A stretch of 64,000 bases of DNA, taken from the NCBI GenBank assembly GCA_013154035.1, contig JAADDH010000069.1, positions 5,500 through 69,499 of the forward strand, read 5' to 3'. Source of the DNA: Candidatus Iainarchaeum sp. GTDB taxonomy: Archaea > Iainarchaeota > Iainarchaeia > JAADDC01. A program made the position numbers and the translations under genes. Shown one piece after another: positions 44,998-55,517 of this stretch (the first letter of the stretch is position 1; each line of letters begins with the position of its first letter). The notes under the pieces are model-generated. The model made no database searches and was not told where the DNA came from. It saw only the letters and a program-made list of their open reading frames with translations.

Positions 44998-46620
44998 TCA
45001 GTCAAAATCCATGCCTGGGGACTCGTTGTCGTTACCGCTGGACTTCTTGCTGGCCGCGATGATGTCGTCAATCTTCAATATCAGGCGCGCGGCCTCGCTA
45101 GCCGACATGATTGCCTGGGACTTGACCTTCACGGGCTCAATAACGTTGATCTCCTTCATGTTGGCAATGTCGCCCGCAAAGACGTCAACACCCCAGTACT
45201 TGCCGTCCTTCTCGCTGGTGTGCTTGGAGCGCAGGCGGACAATAGTGTCTATTGGGTCCATACCTGCAGTCTCTGCCAGTGTTCTCGGAATCACCTCAAG
45301 CGCATCGGCGAACGCCTCTATTGCCAGCTGCTCCTTGCCGCCAACGGTCTTTGCGTAGTCGCGCAGCTTGATGGAAAGCTCCATCTCTGCAGCACCACCA
45401 CCAGCGACGACAGCGCCGCTCTCAATGGCGGATGCAACCGCACCGATGGCATCCTTGAGCGCCCGCTCAGCCTCGTCAACCACGTGCTCTGCACCGCCGC
45501 GGACGAGGATCGTCACAGCCTTGGGGTTCTTGCAGCCCTCTACGAAGATCATGCTCTCGCCAGCAACCTTACGCTCCTCGACGAGCTCAGCCTCACCGAG
45601 GTCCTCTGCGCCGAGGTCCTCCACGCGAGTGACGATCTTAGCACCCGTTGCGCGGGCGAGCTTCTCCATGTCGCTCTTCTTCACGCGGCGGACCGCAAGA
45701 ATGCCAGCCTTCGCGAGGTAGTGCTGCGCCAGATCGTCAATGCCCTTCTGGACGAAGACCACGTTGGCGCCAGATGCTTTAATCCTCTCCACCATCTCCT
45801 TAAGCATCATCTCTTCCTGCTCAATGAACGCCTGGAGCTGGTCCGGAGATGTGATGTTGATCTTTGCGTCGGTCTCAGTCTCCTTAACCTCCAGCGCACT
45901 GTTGATCAGGGCGATCTTCGCGTTCTCAACACGCTTGGGCATCTGCGGGTGGACGCGCTCCTTGTCAATCACTATACCCTTCACAAGCTCTGTGTCCATA
46001 AGAGAGCCGCCCTGCTTCTTCTCCAGCTTGATCTGATCAATATCAATGACGATCTTGTCGTCATACTCTTCAGCAACGAGTTTGACTGCATCTACAACCA
46101 TCTGGGCAAGCTTGTCCCTCGCCTCAGTGATCTTGGAGTTCAGGGCAGTCGCAGCGATCTTGCGGAGAACCTCTTCGCTGTGAATATCGACGGGATCACC
46201 AACCTCCTTGAGGATCTCCACGGCCTTCTCCGCGGCCATGCGGTATCCCTTTATAATGATGCTTGGGTGAATCTCCTGGTCGAGAAGGCGCTCCGCAGCA
46301 CCGAGGAGCTCACCAGCGACGACCGTTGCAGTGGTAGTACCGTCACCAGCCTCCTCGTCCTGGGTCTTGGCAACCTCGACCATGATCTTGCCTGCAGGGT
46401 GCTCAATGCTCATCTCCTGAAGAATCGTAGCACCGTCGTTGGTGATCGTGATGTCACCAAGTTCATCAACAAGCATTTTGTCCATGCCTTTTGGACCGAG
46501 TGTGGTCCTAACAATGTTCGCAACGGCGCGCGCAACGAGGATGTTCAAGCGCTGAGCGTCACGCCCAACAACACGCTGGGCACCTTCCCCAAGAACCGGC
46601 GCCTGCTGAAGCTGCACCAT
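44998..46620 (-). CDS. ths: Thermosome subunit (group II chaperonin)
   Basis: The 540-aa protein has [18 protein letters not shown] and GDGTTTATV. It has a GGAGGTGG RBS. Confidence 0.9.
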   Translation of the reverse strand: MVQLQQAPVLGEGAQRVVGRDAQRLNILVARAVANIVRTTLGPKGMDKMLVDELGDITITNDGATILQEMSIEHPAGKIMVEVAKTQDEEAGDGTTTATVVAGELLGAAERLLDQEIHPSIIIKGYRMAAEKAVEILKEVGDPVDIHSEEVLRKIAATALNSKITEARDKLAQMVVDAVKLVAEEYDDKIVIDIDQIKLEKKQGGSLMDTELVKGIVIDKERVHPQMPKRVENAKIALINSALEVKETETDAKINITSPDQLQAFIEQEEMMLKEMVERIKASGANVVFVQKGIDDLAQHYLAKAGILAVRRVKKSDMEKLARATGAKIVTRVEDLGAEDLGEAELVEERKVAGESMIFVEGCKNPKAVTILVRGGAEHVVDEAERALKDAIGAVASAIESGAVVAGGGAAEMELSIKLRDYAKTVGGKEQLAIEAFADALEVIPRTLAETAGMDPIDTIVRLRSKHTSEKDGKYWGVDVFAGDIANMKEINVIEPVKVKSQAIMSASEAARLILKIDDIIAASKKSSGNDNESPGMDFD

Positions 46621-46696
46621 CTTTTACCACCTCCAAATTTATGATGGACATGCGTTCATATAATTCCGTATCCAGCAATGTTTTTAAGGTAAGCGA

Positions 46697-47119
46697 CTAC
46701 TCATAGTGCCCCTCTGCAAAGCCACGAGGAAGGTGATCAACTTGATATTTCCCCTTTCCACCCGCCTGGCAGCAATCTTGGGCAAAATCACGATCCGCCC
46801 GCGAGAACACATGGGATAAGAGCGCAGTAGCTGGTCGGAAATTGCCATGAAACCAGGCACGGAGGTAGCGGTTTTCTTCTCCTGAAGCAACCTGCGATGC
46901 CCACGCCAGCGCTGCATCCTGCCCACGCTTTGACTCTATTTCGCGGAAGCGTTTTGCAAAGTCTGATATTGCCGCCGCCACAGCCCGCGATGTAAGAGAG
47001 TTGTCAGGAAGCGCTATTGGCTCACCACGCAACGCCCTGCGCAGCAGCTCCAAATCGGCCACAGCCACAAGTAATTTTGCCGAAAGGTGTTTATATTTGG
47101 TGAGTGCATAATCAAGCAT
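46697..47119 (-). CDS. Hypothetical protein
   Basis: ORF trimmed to avoid overlap with cPGI. No motif recognised. It may be spurious. Confidence 0.3.
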   Translation of the reverse strand: MLDYALTKYKHLSAKLLVAVADLELLRRALRGEPIALPDNSLTSRAVAAAISDFAKRFREIESKRGQDAALAWASQVASGEENRYLRAWFHGNFRPATALLSHVFSRADRDFAQDCCQAGGKGKYQVDHLPRGFAEGHYE

Positions 47120-47816
47120 GTTTGAAATGGAGTGGTCTGAAAATGTGCTAAAAACGCCCTGGACCACATACGAAGCAAGCATCCGGCGCATTTATGATCT
47201 CGAAGACGTTCTTCTTGACAAGCCAAAGGAGGATGGAGACGCATACTACATGTTCCGCGGTATCCAGCGCCCGGAAGACGAAGAGAAATTCAAAGAGCAC
47301 AAAATACGCTACGATATAACAGTTATCCCGCCGCGAACGATCGGCAGGGAATATATCAAAACGCTCGGGCACTACCACCCCGAAGCGGACCACGGATTGT
47401 CGTATCCGGAAATATATGAAGTGCTGCAGGGTGAGGCACTCTTCCTCCTCCAGCCACGCGACGCGTCGGACTTCATAGCAATACGCGCAAAGGCTGGCGA
47501 CGTGGCAATCATGATCCCAAACTACGGCCACGTAACAGTGAATGTTGGATCTGAACCCCTTATTATGGCAAACCTCGTATCCTCAGAGTTCTCGTCAGAA
47601 TATGGGCCGGTAAAGGAGAAGCACGGGTTTGTCTGGTATTACACGACGGGCGGCTGGGTGAAGAACGAACACTATGAAAACCACCCTGAGATCCGTGAAG
47701 TTGGGCCGTCGCCGTTCCCGTCAGACATATATAGCTTCTTCGTTGAGCGACCGATGTTCTTTGAGTGGCTAAACAGGCCATGGAAAGTCATCTGGGACGA
47801 CAGGGTGTTTCAATGA
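47118..47816 (+). CDS. pgiA: Cupin-type glucose-6-phosphate isomerase (cPGI)
   Basis: Cupin motifs TLGHYHPE and HVTVNVGSEPLI parallel the Thermococcales-type cPGI. Confidence 0.7.
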   Translation: MFEMEWSENVLKTPWTTYEASIRRIYDLEDVLLDKPKEDGDAYYMFRGIQRPEDEEKFKEHKIRYDITVIPPRTIGREYIKTLGHYHPEADHGLSYPEIYEVLQGEALFLLQPRDASDFIAIRAKAGDVAIMIPNYGHVTVNVGSEPLIMANLVSSEFSSEYGPVKEKHGFVWYYTTGGWVKNEHYENHPEIREVGPSPFPSDIYSFFVERPMFFEWLNRPWKVIWDDRVFQ

Positions 47817-48742
47817 TCATCAGGCGGAGAGTAGAAACGCACAAAGATCTGGCGTATTTGCAGAGGGCAACCACCGCAAAAGCATTGGAAAAATGGGTTC
47901 CAGAGAAGCAGTGGACAGAACAAGTGCGGTTGAATCAACTCCTCCCCGGACTATTCCCAAAAAACTTTGAAGTGACACTCCGATATACCCACGCGCCAAT
48001 CCGCACGAAACTCCTCGGGCTGAAACGGAAAAACACAATAGACGATTACTTCAAAACGTGGCAAGCAATCCTTCCAGAATCGCTGTACCGCCTGAGGGTG
48101 CTAAAGTTGCCCCACTATGCACACATAGATGCCGGCTGGGAGTTTGCGGCCATTCGGGCGGTGCTTCGCAGGAAAATAGACGAGGAAAGCAAGGCAAGGG
48201 CAATAATCCGCCTGGCAGGAAGCGGACTTGCAAAACACGACGTCGGAGATGTTCGACGCATCCCTTATGAAGTGGTAATGGCGCACTTCGCCCATCCCGA
48301 TGCAGCAGCAGCCTATGATATCATTCAAGACGAGGTTCTCTTTCCATCCCCGTCAGCCGTCAGAGCAATGCAGCGGAATGAGCATCGCATAATTCCAGAC
48401 ATGGTCGACACACTAGCTCACGAAGGAACACACGCATACATGAATCAGCGCTACAGGCTGGTGGCGGACAACGACCTGGACCAAATAAAGCTCGATACCG
48501 TGGACGAAGCAGTCGCATCGGCGATGGGGGATTTAGCAGCACACAAGCTTGCAGGCGTCCCGAAACCCAAGAAAAGCAATGCAAATTGGTATTTAAGAAT
48601 ATACGGCATTCCCCTGCACCAAGAGGCTTTCAGGCACATATACTGGGAGGTAACGAGGAATGCAAAGAACGTGGAAGACGCGGCGCGCATCGGAATTGCT
48701 GCTGCAAAGAAGTTCGGGATTCACGTAGAGCCGCGGGACTGA
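47816..48742 (+). CDS. Hypothetical protein with an HExxH motif (LAHEGTHAYM)
   Basis: A 308-aa protein; a putative metal-dependent hydrolase. Confidence 0.4.
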   Translation: MIRRRVETHKDLAYLQRATTAKALEKWVPEKQWTEQVRLNQLLPGLFPKNFEVTLRYTHAPIRTKLLGLKRKNTIDDYFKTWQAILPESLYRLRVLKLPHYAHIDAGWEFAAIRAVLRRKIDEESKARAIIRLAGSGLAKHDVGDVRRIPYEVVMAHFAHPDAAAAYDIIQDEVLFPSPSAVRAMQRNEHRIIPDMVDTLAHEGTHAYMNQRYRLVADNDLDQIKLDTVDEAVASAMGDLAAHKLAGVPKPKKSNANWYLRIYGIPLHQEAFRHIYWEVTRNAKNVEDAARIGIAAAKKFGIHVEPRD

Positions 48743-48771
48743 ATATAAACAAATCGTCCCACATCATTAGG

Positions 48772-50067
48772 ATGCCCGAACCCGGCGACGTTGTGGAAAT
48801 CACGAAGAATGGAGTTACGTACAGGGGAACAGTTCTCCCGCGGACCGAGGAGATCCCAAACGATGTTCTCGTGATCAAACTGAAGAACGGCTACAACATC
48901 GGCGTAAGACTCACGCCCGACACGGAAATACGCGTTATAGAGAAGGGGGAGCCGCCCAAGAAATACAGAGCGCCAGTGAAGGTAGAATCCAATCCGAACC
49001 TCCCCACCGCGGCGCTCGTTGCAACGGGTGGAACTATTGCGTCTCGCGTGGATTACAAGACCGGAGGCGTCGTTGCAGAATTCACGGCGGAGGACTTCCT
49101 ACTATCGTTCCCAGAAATCGCGGACCTGGCAAACCTCGAACTCCGTCAAGTATCCAACATCTTCTCTGAGGACATGACACCTGAATACTGGGTGCGAATC
49201 GCCGAGGGTGTGGCAGAGGAGATCAAGAGCGGAGTGGATGGCATTGTTATTACCCACGGGACGGATACAATGCACTACACGGCAGCGTTCCTCTCATTTG
49301 CTCTGCAGAACGTTCCAGTTCCCGTCGTACTTGTCGGCGCACAACGCTCCTCTGACAGACCGTCCTCAGACGCGGCAATTAACCTCCTCAACGCAATAAA
49401 CGTGGCGGTAAATTCTGACCTCGCGGGCACATTCATCGTCATGCACGAAACAATGGACGACAGATACTGCACGATCCACCCCGGTACGCGAGCGCGCAAG
49501 ATGCACACGAGCCGAAGGGACACGTTTAAAACAATAGGAGATATACCCGTCGGACGGTCGTACGTTCTGGCGCGCGCAGGAACAATCGAGGAAAGATGGG
49601 TGGAAATCTGGCGGAATGAATTCCGAAGGCGTGGTCAGAAAGGATTCAAACTCGTGGCGAAAGCAGATCCGAACGTATTCCTGCTCAAAACGTTCCCGGG
49701 GCTGAGAAAGGACATATTTGAGAAGATCTTGCTGGAGCATGACGGCGTGATCATCGAGGGGACCGGTCTGGGGCACGTTAGGCAGGAACTAATCCCAATA
49801 GTCAAAGAGGCAACGGAGAGTGGCGTATTCATTGGAATTACACCGCAGCCCCTCTTCGGACGTGTACACCCGCACGTATACTCGACCGCCGTGAAGATGG
49901 TCGAGGCAGGCGCTGTTTATCTGGAAGACATGCTCCCAGAGACAGCCATGGTCAAGCTCATGTGGGCACTGGGGCAGACGAAGGATCGAGAAAAGGTGAA
50001 GGAGATCATGCTAACAAATTACGCGGGCGAAATCACGAGGCATTCGCGCCCGGACGCGTTCTGGTGA
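48772..50067 (+). CDS. gatD: Glutamyl-tRNA(Gln) amidotransferase subunit D
   Basis: It has an asparaginase-like core ATGGTIAS..HGTDTM and a GatD-specific N-terminal domain. Its stop overlaps the next start (TGATG). Confidence 0.85.
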   Translation: MPEPGDVVEITKNGVTYRGTVLPRTEEIPNDVLVIKLKNGYNIGVRLTPDTEIRVIEKGEPPKKYRAPVKVESNPNLPTAALVATGGTIASRVDYKTGGVVAEFTAEDFLLSFPEIADLANLELRQVSNIFSEDMTPEYWVRIAEGVAEEIKSGVDGIVITHGTDTMHYTAAFLSFALQNVPVPVVLVGAQRSSDRPSSDAAINLLNAINVAVNSDLAGTFIVMHETMDDRYCTIHPGTRARKMHTSRRDTFKTIGDIPVGRSYVLARAGTIEERWVEIWRNEFRRRGQKGFKLVAKADPNVFLLKTFPGLRKDIFEKILLEHDGVIIEGTGLGHVRQELIPIVKEATESGVFIGITPQPLFGRVHPHVYSTAVKMVEAGAVYLEDMLPETAMVKLMWALGQTKDREKVKEIMLTNYAGEITRHSRPDAFW

Positions 50068-52406
50068 TGCTCATGAGGGCCATCGTCGTTGCAGGACTCC
50101 CGCGGGCAGGGAAAGACTCTTTTGCAAGGGTACTCCCCTGGAAGAAGATCGTGTATTCTGATCTTATCAAGGCGATCGCAGGCATCCGCGACGTCACCGA
50201 CAAAAAGGAACTTGGAAGGATCGCCGACAAGCTGCGTGAGGAGAATGGAAAAGACTATCTGACGAGGTACGCCCTGGCCATCGCGGACGAAGCGGGCGAG
50301 AATACAATAGTGCTCGTGGGGCCAAGAACGCCGGAAGAGGTGCGCTACGTCAAGGAAAATATCTCGGAGCACACCGTTGTGTGGATAGAAGCAGACGAGG
50401 AGATTCGTCGGAAGAGGGGTGCTGATCCAGAGCGAGAGAGGGAAGATATAGGGCGGGGCCTGGCCGAGATACGGAATCTGGCAGATGTTATCGTTGAGAA
50501 CAACGGAACGCCCGAGGAGCTCAAGGAGAGGGCGAAGTACTTCGTAGAAAACATTAATTACTACCTGATCGGCCTAAAGAGCGGAATAGAGATCCACCAG
50601 CAGCTGGATACGCACAAGCTCTTCTGCTCATGTCCTTCAACGCTTCGCGACGATGAACCTGGCGTCGTAGTGGAGCGTTTCCAGCGCCCGGTAGCGTCAG
50701 AGATGGGAACTTTTGATCCTGCAGCGCTGGCGGAATTCAGGAAGGGGCGAAAGTACATATACCAAGCGTATTCGGACACCACATGTCTCGTCGAGCTGGA
50801 TGAGGAACCACCGCACCCGCCCAACGACGAGGCCATTGACATAACACTAACGTTCGCAGAATTTGTCCACGCAACGCCCGTAGATGCAAGCATTGTCATG
50901 AGAAAGATGGTCATAGACGGTTCAAATACTTCTGGATTCCAGCGCACCATGCTCCTGGCAACAGGTGGCTGGATTGAGGGACACCTATCCAAGATCCGCA
51001 TACAGACAATATGTTTGGAGGAGGACTCAGCGCGCCCCATAGAGCGCGGAGAGGATAAAATCGTCTACAGGGTGGATCGACTGGGCATTCCCCTTATAGA
51101 AATAGCCACCGGGCCGGATATGCACACACCTGAGGAGATTAAAGAAGCCGCCGAGCGCATAGGAGTACTGTTAAGGGCAACAGGAAGAGTTAAAAGGGGA
51201 TTGGGGACAATTCGCCAGGATTTAAACATTTCCATCCGCGGCGGCGCACGCGTCGAGATCAAGGGTGCGCAGGACCTGGATCTTATCCCAGAATACGTGA
51301 AGAATGAAGTGCGCCGCCAGAAGGGGCTTCTGGAAATAAAGGAAGAGATGCAGAAGCGCGAGCTAACAGAGAGGGATTTTGATCTGCCAATCGTCGATGT
51401 AACGGACCTTCTTGAAGATACTGAGGCGAAGTTCGTCCGATCCACCATCAAGAAGGGTGGAAAGGTGCTGGGCATCCGCGTCCCGAAGATGTCCGGACTC
51501 CTCGGAAAGGAAATACAGAACGGCAAGCGCTTTGGAACGGAGCTCTCATACTACGCAAAGGTCTACGGCAAGGTCGGCGGCATTCTTCACTCCGACGAGC
51601 TGCCCAAGTACGGGATAAGCGCAGATGAGGTTCAGAAAATCCGGGAGCGACTGAACTGTGAAGAGGAAGATGCATTCGTCATTGTCGTTGCTCCTGAAGA
51701 GAACGCGAGAAATGCGCTGGATGCAGTAAAGAAACGCCTGAAAATGGCACTCCATGGCGTTCCTGAAGAAACGAGGGGGCCAAACCCAGACGGGACGACA
51801 AGATTCATGCGCCCACTGCCCGGAGCCGCGCGCATGTATCCGGAGACGGACGTCGCGCCAGTCTTCATCACAGAGGATCGGCTTCAGAGGATACGGAAGA
51901 ATCTGCCGCCTCTACCAGAGGAACGCTACGAGGAATACAGGCGCATGGGCCTGAACGAGGAGCAGGCGCGAACCCTCGTAAAATCCAGGCATGTTTTCCT
52001 CTTTGACGAGATCGTAAGCGAGGGTGTGGATCCCAAGACTGCTGCAAACATACTTTTGACATTCCTGCCATACTGGAAACGCCAGGGCTGGGAACTCACG
52101 GAGGATCAGATCAAGGATCTTGCCCTGGGTTACAACAGGAAGTATCCAAAGGAAGCGCTGGACGAGATAGTGCCGGAAATAGCCAAGGGCAAGAAACTGG
52201 ACGAGGTGCTGAAGGAAAAGGGCATAGAGATGATCGATGAGGAGAAGATTCGAGAAGTCGTTGAGCGCATCGTCAAAGAGTTCCGCGAGCGGGGAGAGGA
52301 ACCGCGAATGAACGTCATCATGGGTAGGGCAATGGCAGAGCTTAAAGGCAAGGCACCAGGCAAAGTAGTTGCGAGAACAGTCAGAGAGATTCTCCCGGGC
52401 AGCTAA
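50067..52406 (+). CDS. gatE: GatE (Glu-tRNA(Gln) amidotransferase subunit E) with an in-frame N-terminal UPF0200-like P-loop kinase domain of about 165 aa
   Basis: The N-terminal Walker A is VVAGLPRAGKDS, and the region resembles small archaeal NMP-kinase-like proteins. The GatE core follows from LIGLKSGIEIHQQLDTHKLFCSCP with no intervening stop or canonical start. Confidence 0.72.
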   Translation: MLMRAIVVAGLPRAGKDSFARVLPWKKIVYSDLIKAIAGIRDVTDKKELGRIADKLREENGKDYLTRYALAIADEAGENTIVLVGPRTPEEVRYVKENISEHTVVWIEADEEIRRKRGADPEREREDIGRGLAEIRNLADVIVENNGTPEELKERAKYFVENINYYLIGLKSGIEIHQQLDTHKLFCSCPSTLRDDEPGVVVERFQRPVASEMGTFDPAALAEFRKGRKYIYQAYSDTTCLVELDEEPPHPPNDEAIDITLTFAEFVHATPVDASIVMRKMVIDGSNTSGFQRTMLLATGGWIEGHLSKIRIQTICLEEDSARPIERGEDKIVYRVDRLGIPLIEIATGPDMHTPEEIKEAAERIGVLLRATGRVKRGLGTIRQDLNISIRGGARVEIKGAQDLDLIPEYVKNEVRRQKGLLEIKEEMQKRELTERDFDLPIVDVTDLLEDTEAKFVRSTIKKGGKVLGIRVPKMSGLLGKEIQNGKRFGTELSYYAKVYGKVGGILHSDELPKYGISADEVQKIRERLNCEEEDAFVIVVAPEENARNALDAVKKRLKMALHGVPEETRGPNPDGTTRFMRPLPGAARMYPETDVAPVFITEDRLQRIRKNLPPLPEERYEEYRRMGLNEEQARTLVKSRHVFLFDEIVSEGVDPKTAANILLTFLPYWKRQGWELTEDQIKDLALGYNRKYPKEALDEIVPEIAKGKKLDEVLKEKGIEMIDEEKIREVVERIVKEFRERGEEPRMNVIMGRAMAELKGKAPGKVVARTVREILPGS

Positions 52407-53113
52407 CCCCAAACCCTCTTCCCATTCCTCTCCAGATACTCAACAAGAAGTTCGAGGGGAAACACCCGGTGGGCAATACGGGGCGCAAGTTTTTTGGCAT
52501 GCCAGAGATTCTTTGCAGGAACGAAAAAGATTGCCTTGTGCGCGGGGATCTGCACGAGAACCTGTTCGCCTTGTTCTGCGCGTGCTTTGGAATCTACAGA
52601 CTCTATGTGCGGCGCATCGAAAGCTGGAACCGCAACGATGACAGGATAATGGGGAATAGACACATATCGGTGGAAACCAGGCCGAAGCGCGTTGAGAAAC
52701 TCCTGCCACTGAGAATACGCGTGTGTATTTGGCCAAATAGGATCGGAAAGCTGGAACCGCAGCAGCCAGTGGTTGCTTTCCAGATCCTCAACCTGCTTCC
52801 AAAAGGACTCCGCGCGGTCATCCCTCGCATAGCGCAGAGCAGTCATCAAATCCGACGTAATGGAAACCGTGGAATCACGAATGTCCTTGGATTTTGGAAC
52901 ATCATAGCGGCCCCGAGACGTCCGGATAAAGAAAGCATTACGCCTGCGCAGATCATTCGGTGCAAGCACTGCACGATAGCGATTAATTTGGGGGAGATTG
53001 CGAGAACTCGTACCGTGAAATCGTAGACTGTTCGGATCTTCAGGAAGAAGGCGTGCAAGACGCCGTCGCTCATGCTTCAGATCAATAACGTATCGGTCAA
53101 TCCGTCGCTGCAC
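52403..53113 (-). CDS. Hypothetical protein (236 aa) downstream of trm1
   Basis: ORF overlaps the trm1 end by 17 nt. No motif recognised. Confidence 0.35.
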   Translation of the reverse strand: MQRRIDRYVIDLKHERRRLARLLPEDPNSLRFHGTSSRNLPQINRYRAVLAPNDLRRRNAFFIRTSRGRYDVPKSKDIRDSTVSITSDLMTALRYARDDRAESFWKQVEDLESNHWLLRFQLSDPIWPNTHAYSQWQEFLNALRPGFHRYVSIPHYPVIVAVPAFDAPHIESVDSKARAEQGEQVLVQIPAHKAIFFVPAKNLWHAKKLAPRIAHRVFPLELLVEYLERNGKRVWG

Positions 53114-54152
53114 CTAGAAGCACCTCTGCAAAAGTTTTTTCATCTGCATCTGTCTTTATCCCCTTATCCGACCATAGCACGCGCTCCGCTACGAACCCCC
53201 GCTCACGGAGAGAATCAATAATTGCGTCGAACCTGGGAATCTGTTTTAGTCTAAGTCGTTCCGCCCAGAAATGGACGTTGTAGTAGCCGAGAACGTCCGG
53301 CTCCTTCGACGCCAACGCGAGGATTTTCCTGCTCACCTTCGTATAATCCTGGTCCCAGCGCTGCAGTGCCTCGCGTGCCAGATCTTTGTTCTGGAGCGGG
53401 CCTGTCCATATAGGGCCATATTGCTTCCCGTCAACCTCGTAAAACCCGATCTGCGCAGTATTCTTTGTTATCAGAGAAGGCTTTTCGCGAAGACGAGCAA
53501 CGACGCGGACGTGATGCTCGTAGGTGAAGGCAATGATAGGCTCTACCCCTTTTCCATGAACGGCTGCTGCGTGGAACACGAGGAAGTAGAGTACACGCGC
53601 CATGAGTTCGGGATACCATTCAGGCTTGCGGAGAATCGTCCCATATTTGGCGAGGGCCTGCTTGGGAGATGCACCAGAGAGGGGGCGGGTATCCGTGGCG
53701 GAAACAAGTAGATACCCGCCGGAGCGAACGGTACGAGCAGCAGACCAGATGAACGGCGCTGGGGAGCCGAAAGGATCAAGATCCACGGCCCAAAAGCGAT
53801 TCCGAAGGCATACTAAGTTAAAATCGTCGTTAAAGAACTGGGCGTTGACGTGATACTTTTCTGCGTTTCTTCTGGCAAGTTGAAGTGCCGTTTTGTTCAG
53901 ATCGTTGAAATAAACTTGGGGAATACCCGATTCAACAAAGTAACGCACGCCGCGGATGCCCGTCGCGGTCATACCGTCAAGGACATCCTTCGGCTGGAGT
54001 ACGGAAAGGATAAGGGCAGATACATCTCGATTAACGCGAGCGGCTCTCGGATTAAAGAAAATGGGCACATCAGCGCTCTGCCAGGACTTTTCCGGATTTG
54101 GGACAGAAAGTTCAACCTTGCCCTCGCGGTATGGGACGAAATCCAGATGCAC
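53097..54152 (-). CDS. trm1: tRNA (guanine26-N2)-dimethyltransferase Trm1
   Basis: The 351-aa protein has VLDGMTATGIRGVRY and the Trm1 architecture. Confidence 0.78.
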   Translation of the reverse strand: MHLDFVPYREGKVELSVPNPEKSWQSADVPIFFNPRAARVNRDVSALILSVLQPKDVLDGMTATGIRGVRYFVESGIPQVYFNDLNKTALQLARRNAEKYHVNAQFFNDDFNLVCLRNRFWAVDLDPFGSPAPFIWSAARTVRSGGYLLVSATDTRPLSGASPKQALAKYGTILRKPEWYPELMARVLYFLVFHAAAVHGKGVEPIIAFTYEHHVRVVARLREKPSLITKNTAQIGFYEVDGKQYGPIWTGPLQNKDLAREALQRWDQDYTKVSRKILALASKEPDVLGYYNVHFWAERLRLKQIPRFDAIIDSLRERGFVAERVLWSDKGIKTDADEKTFAEVLLGAATD

Positions 54153-54176
54153 GTAAGTATGTGGGAGTGGACGTTT

Positions 54177-55517
54177 TTAGCAGCTACGGAGGTGAAGAAT
54201 GCAAAGCAATACGTCGCCGTACGTCAGCCGCGTGCCCTTAAGGCGATTGTACGTATCGAGGTATGCGCCAACGTAATTCTCGTCGACCATACAATGCGCC
54301 GGCACATACAGATTGTAGTCCTTTCCCGGATACGCTGCAACAGCATACGGATCTTTCCCCGAATACCACGTAGGGAGGGGATAGCTTGGGAATGCCACGA
54401 GCGCATGATCGCTCAGATCCTCAGGAGTGATAAGCGGCTTTGCATGCGCGCCCACGCAGGCAAGAGGCACCCACGCATTACTAACTGCTGTACAGTTGCC
54501 GAGAGCATACGCTGCGGAAACGAAGGGTTGGGGATCCACACCCCGCACGGTACCTGCCACCGCAAGTGAGCCAAGAAGAGATGCAATGACAACAAAGACT
54601 GTGAGTTGCTTCCGGGCGCTAGAAGTCTGCAGATTCTCTGTGGCAGGAATAGCCAAAAATGGAAGGGCAGGAACAACGTAGCGCACAGCGCGGAAGGGTG
54701 TGACTAGATACACTAAGAGGATGATTGCTGCGAAACCCCACCAAACCCAATGCCTACGCGATGTCGGTATTGCAAGCAAAATCGTAGGTATTAAGACAAA
54801 AAGGAAGGAAAGATCGGGCCAGTGCCACATATACTCACGCGCAGGTCCGTTAAGGAATGTAAAATCCAGCATACTTGCAAGAGGGTTACCGAAGTGCACG
54901 TAATTATACGCCAGCCATGGAGCCAAAACAAGAAGGAATGCAAATGCCTGATAGATGAGCAGCCTCGGCTGAGATCGGTAGTGCCGCCACGCAAGGTATA
55001 GCAGCGGTAGCGCATAAAGCACCATAGAGTACCTTGTCAGGAATGCGAGGCCGAGAAATATGCCGGCAAGCGGAGAGTCATAGAGTGCAAGGGTGAGCAA
55101 TCCAAATGCAAGCGCCAAAACCTCCGAACCCTCTGTAACCGAAAATACCGCAGCAGCAGGAGCCTGTACAAGGAAGTAGAAAATAATGGGATTGAATGAG
55201 AATCGTCGTGCGAAGAGGATTGCAGCAACGGCGAGAAGAACCTCTGCGAGGACAAAGTAGCCCACCGTACCCAAAGATGCGAGGAGTATCGGCATCGCAG
55301 GTGGGCGGAACATCTCAAAGTACCTGTGGGAAATTCCCAGCAGATAATCCCCTGAAAGTTTGTATGCGCAGAAGTCCCAGAAGAGGTAGCGATAGTGAAG
55401 AGCAATGGCTATTGCGGCGAAGAAGACTGCAGAGATGAGAATAAAGTGCTCAGCCCTGACGGATCGCCGCAAGGATCTTCCACGCAGGCGTGAGGCCCAC
55501 AAACTTATTGCGGTCAT
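54177..55517 (-). CDS. GT-C family membrane glycosyltransferase (PMT/ArnT-like, dolichyl-phosphate-sugar dependent)
   Basis: The 446-aa protein has about 11 TM helices and an N-terminal loop RYLFWDF typical of GT39/GT83. Confidence 0.6.
   Translation of the reverse strand: MTAISLWASRLRGRSLRRSVRAEHFILISAVFFAAIAIALHYRYLFWDFCAYKLSGDYLLGISHRYFEMFRPPAMPILLASLGTVGYFVLAEVLLAVAAILFARRFSFNPIIFYFLVQAPAAAVFSVTEGSEVLALAFGLLTLALYDSPLAGIFLGLAFLTRYSMVLYALPLLYLAWRHYRSQPRLLIYQAFAFLLVLAPWLAYNYVHFGNPLASMLDFTFLNGPAREYMWHWPDLSFLFVLIPTILLAIPTSRRHWVWWGFAAIILLVYLVTPFRAVRYVVPALPFLAIPATENLQTSSARKQLTVFVVIASLLGSLAVAGTVRGVDPQPFVSAAYALGNCTAVSNAWVPLACVGAHAKPLITPEDLSDHALVAFPSYPLPTWYSGKDPYAVAAYPGKDYNLYVPAHCMVDENYVGAYLDTYNRLKGTRLTYGDVLLCILHLRSC

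Noticed and set aside
45220-46644. 474-aa plus-strand ORF antisense to the thermosome gene (and 45011..45358, 45368..45721, 45740..46036)
   Set aside because: Antisense to a highly conserved chaperonin. Leu/Arg/His-rich nonsense translation.
46697-47191. 164-aa minus-strand ORF overlapping the cPGI start by 74 nt
   Set aside because: cPGI needs its full N-terminus to match known cupin PGIs. The ORF is kept only in trimmed form (46697..47119) at low confidence, and it may be spurious.
50561-51526. Minus-strand ORFs antisense to gatE (50561..51040, 51065..51526, 51912..52412)
   Set aside because: Antisense to GatE. Ser/Arg-rich low-complexity products.
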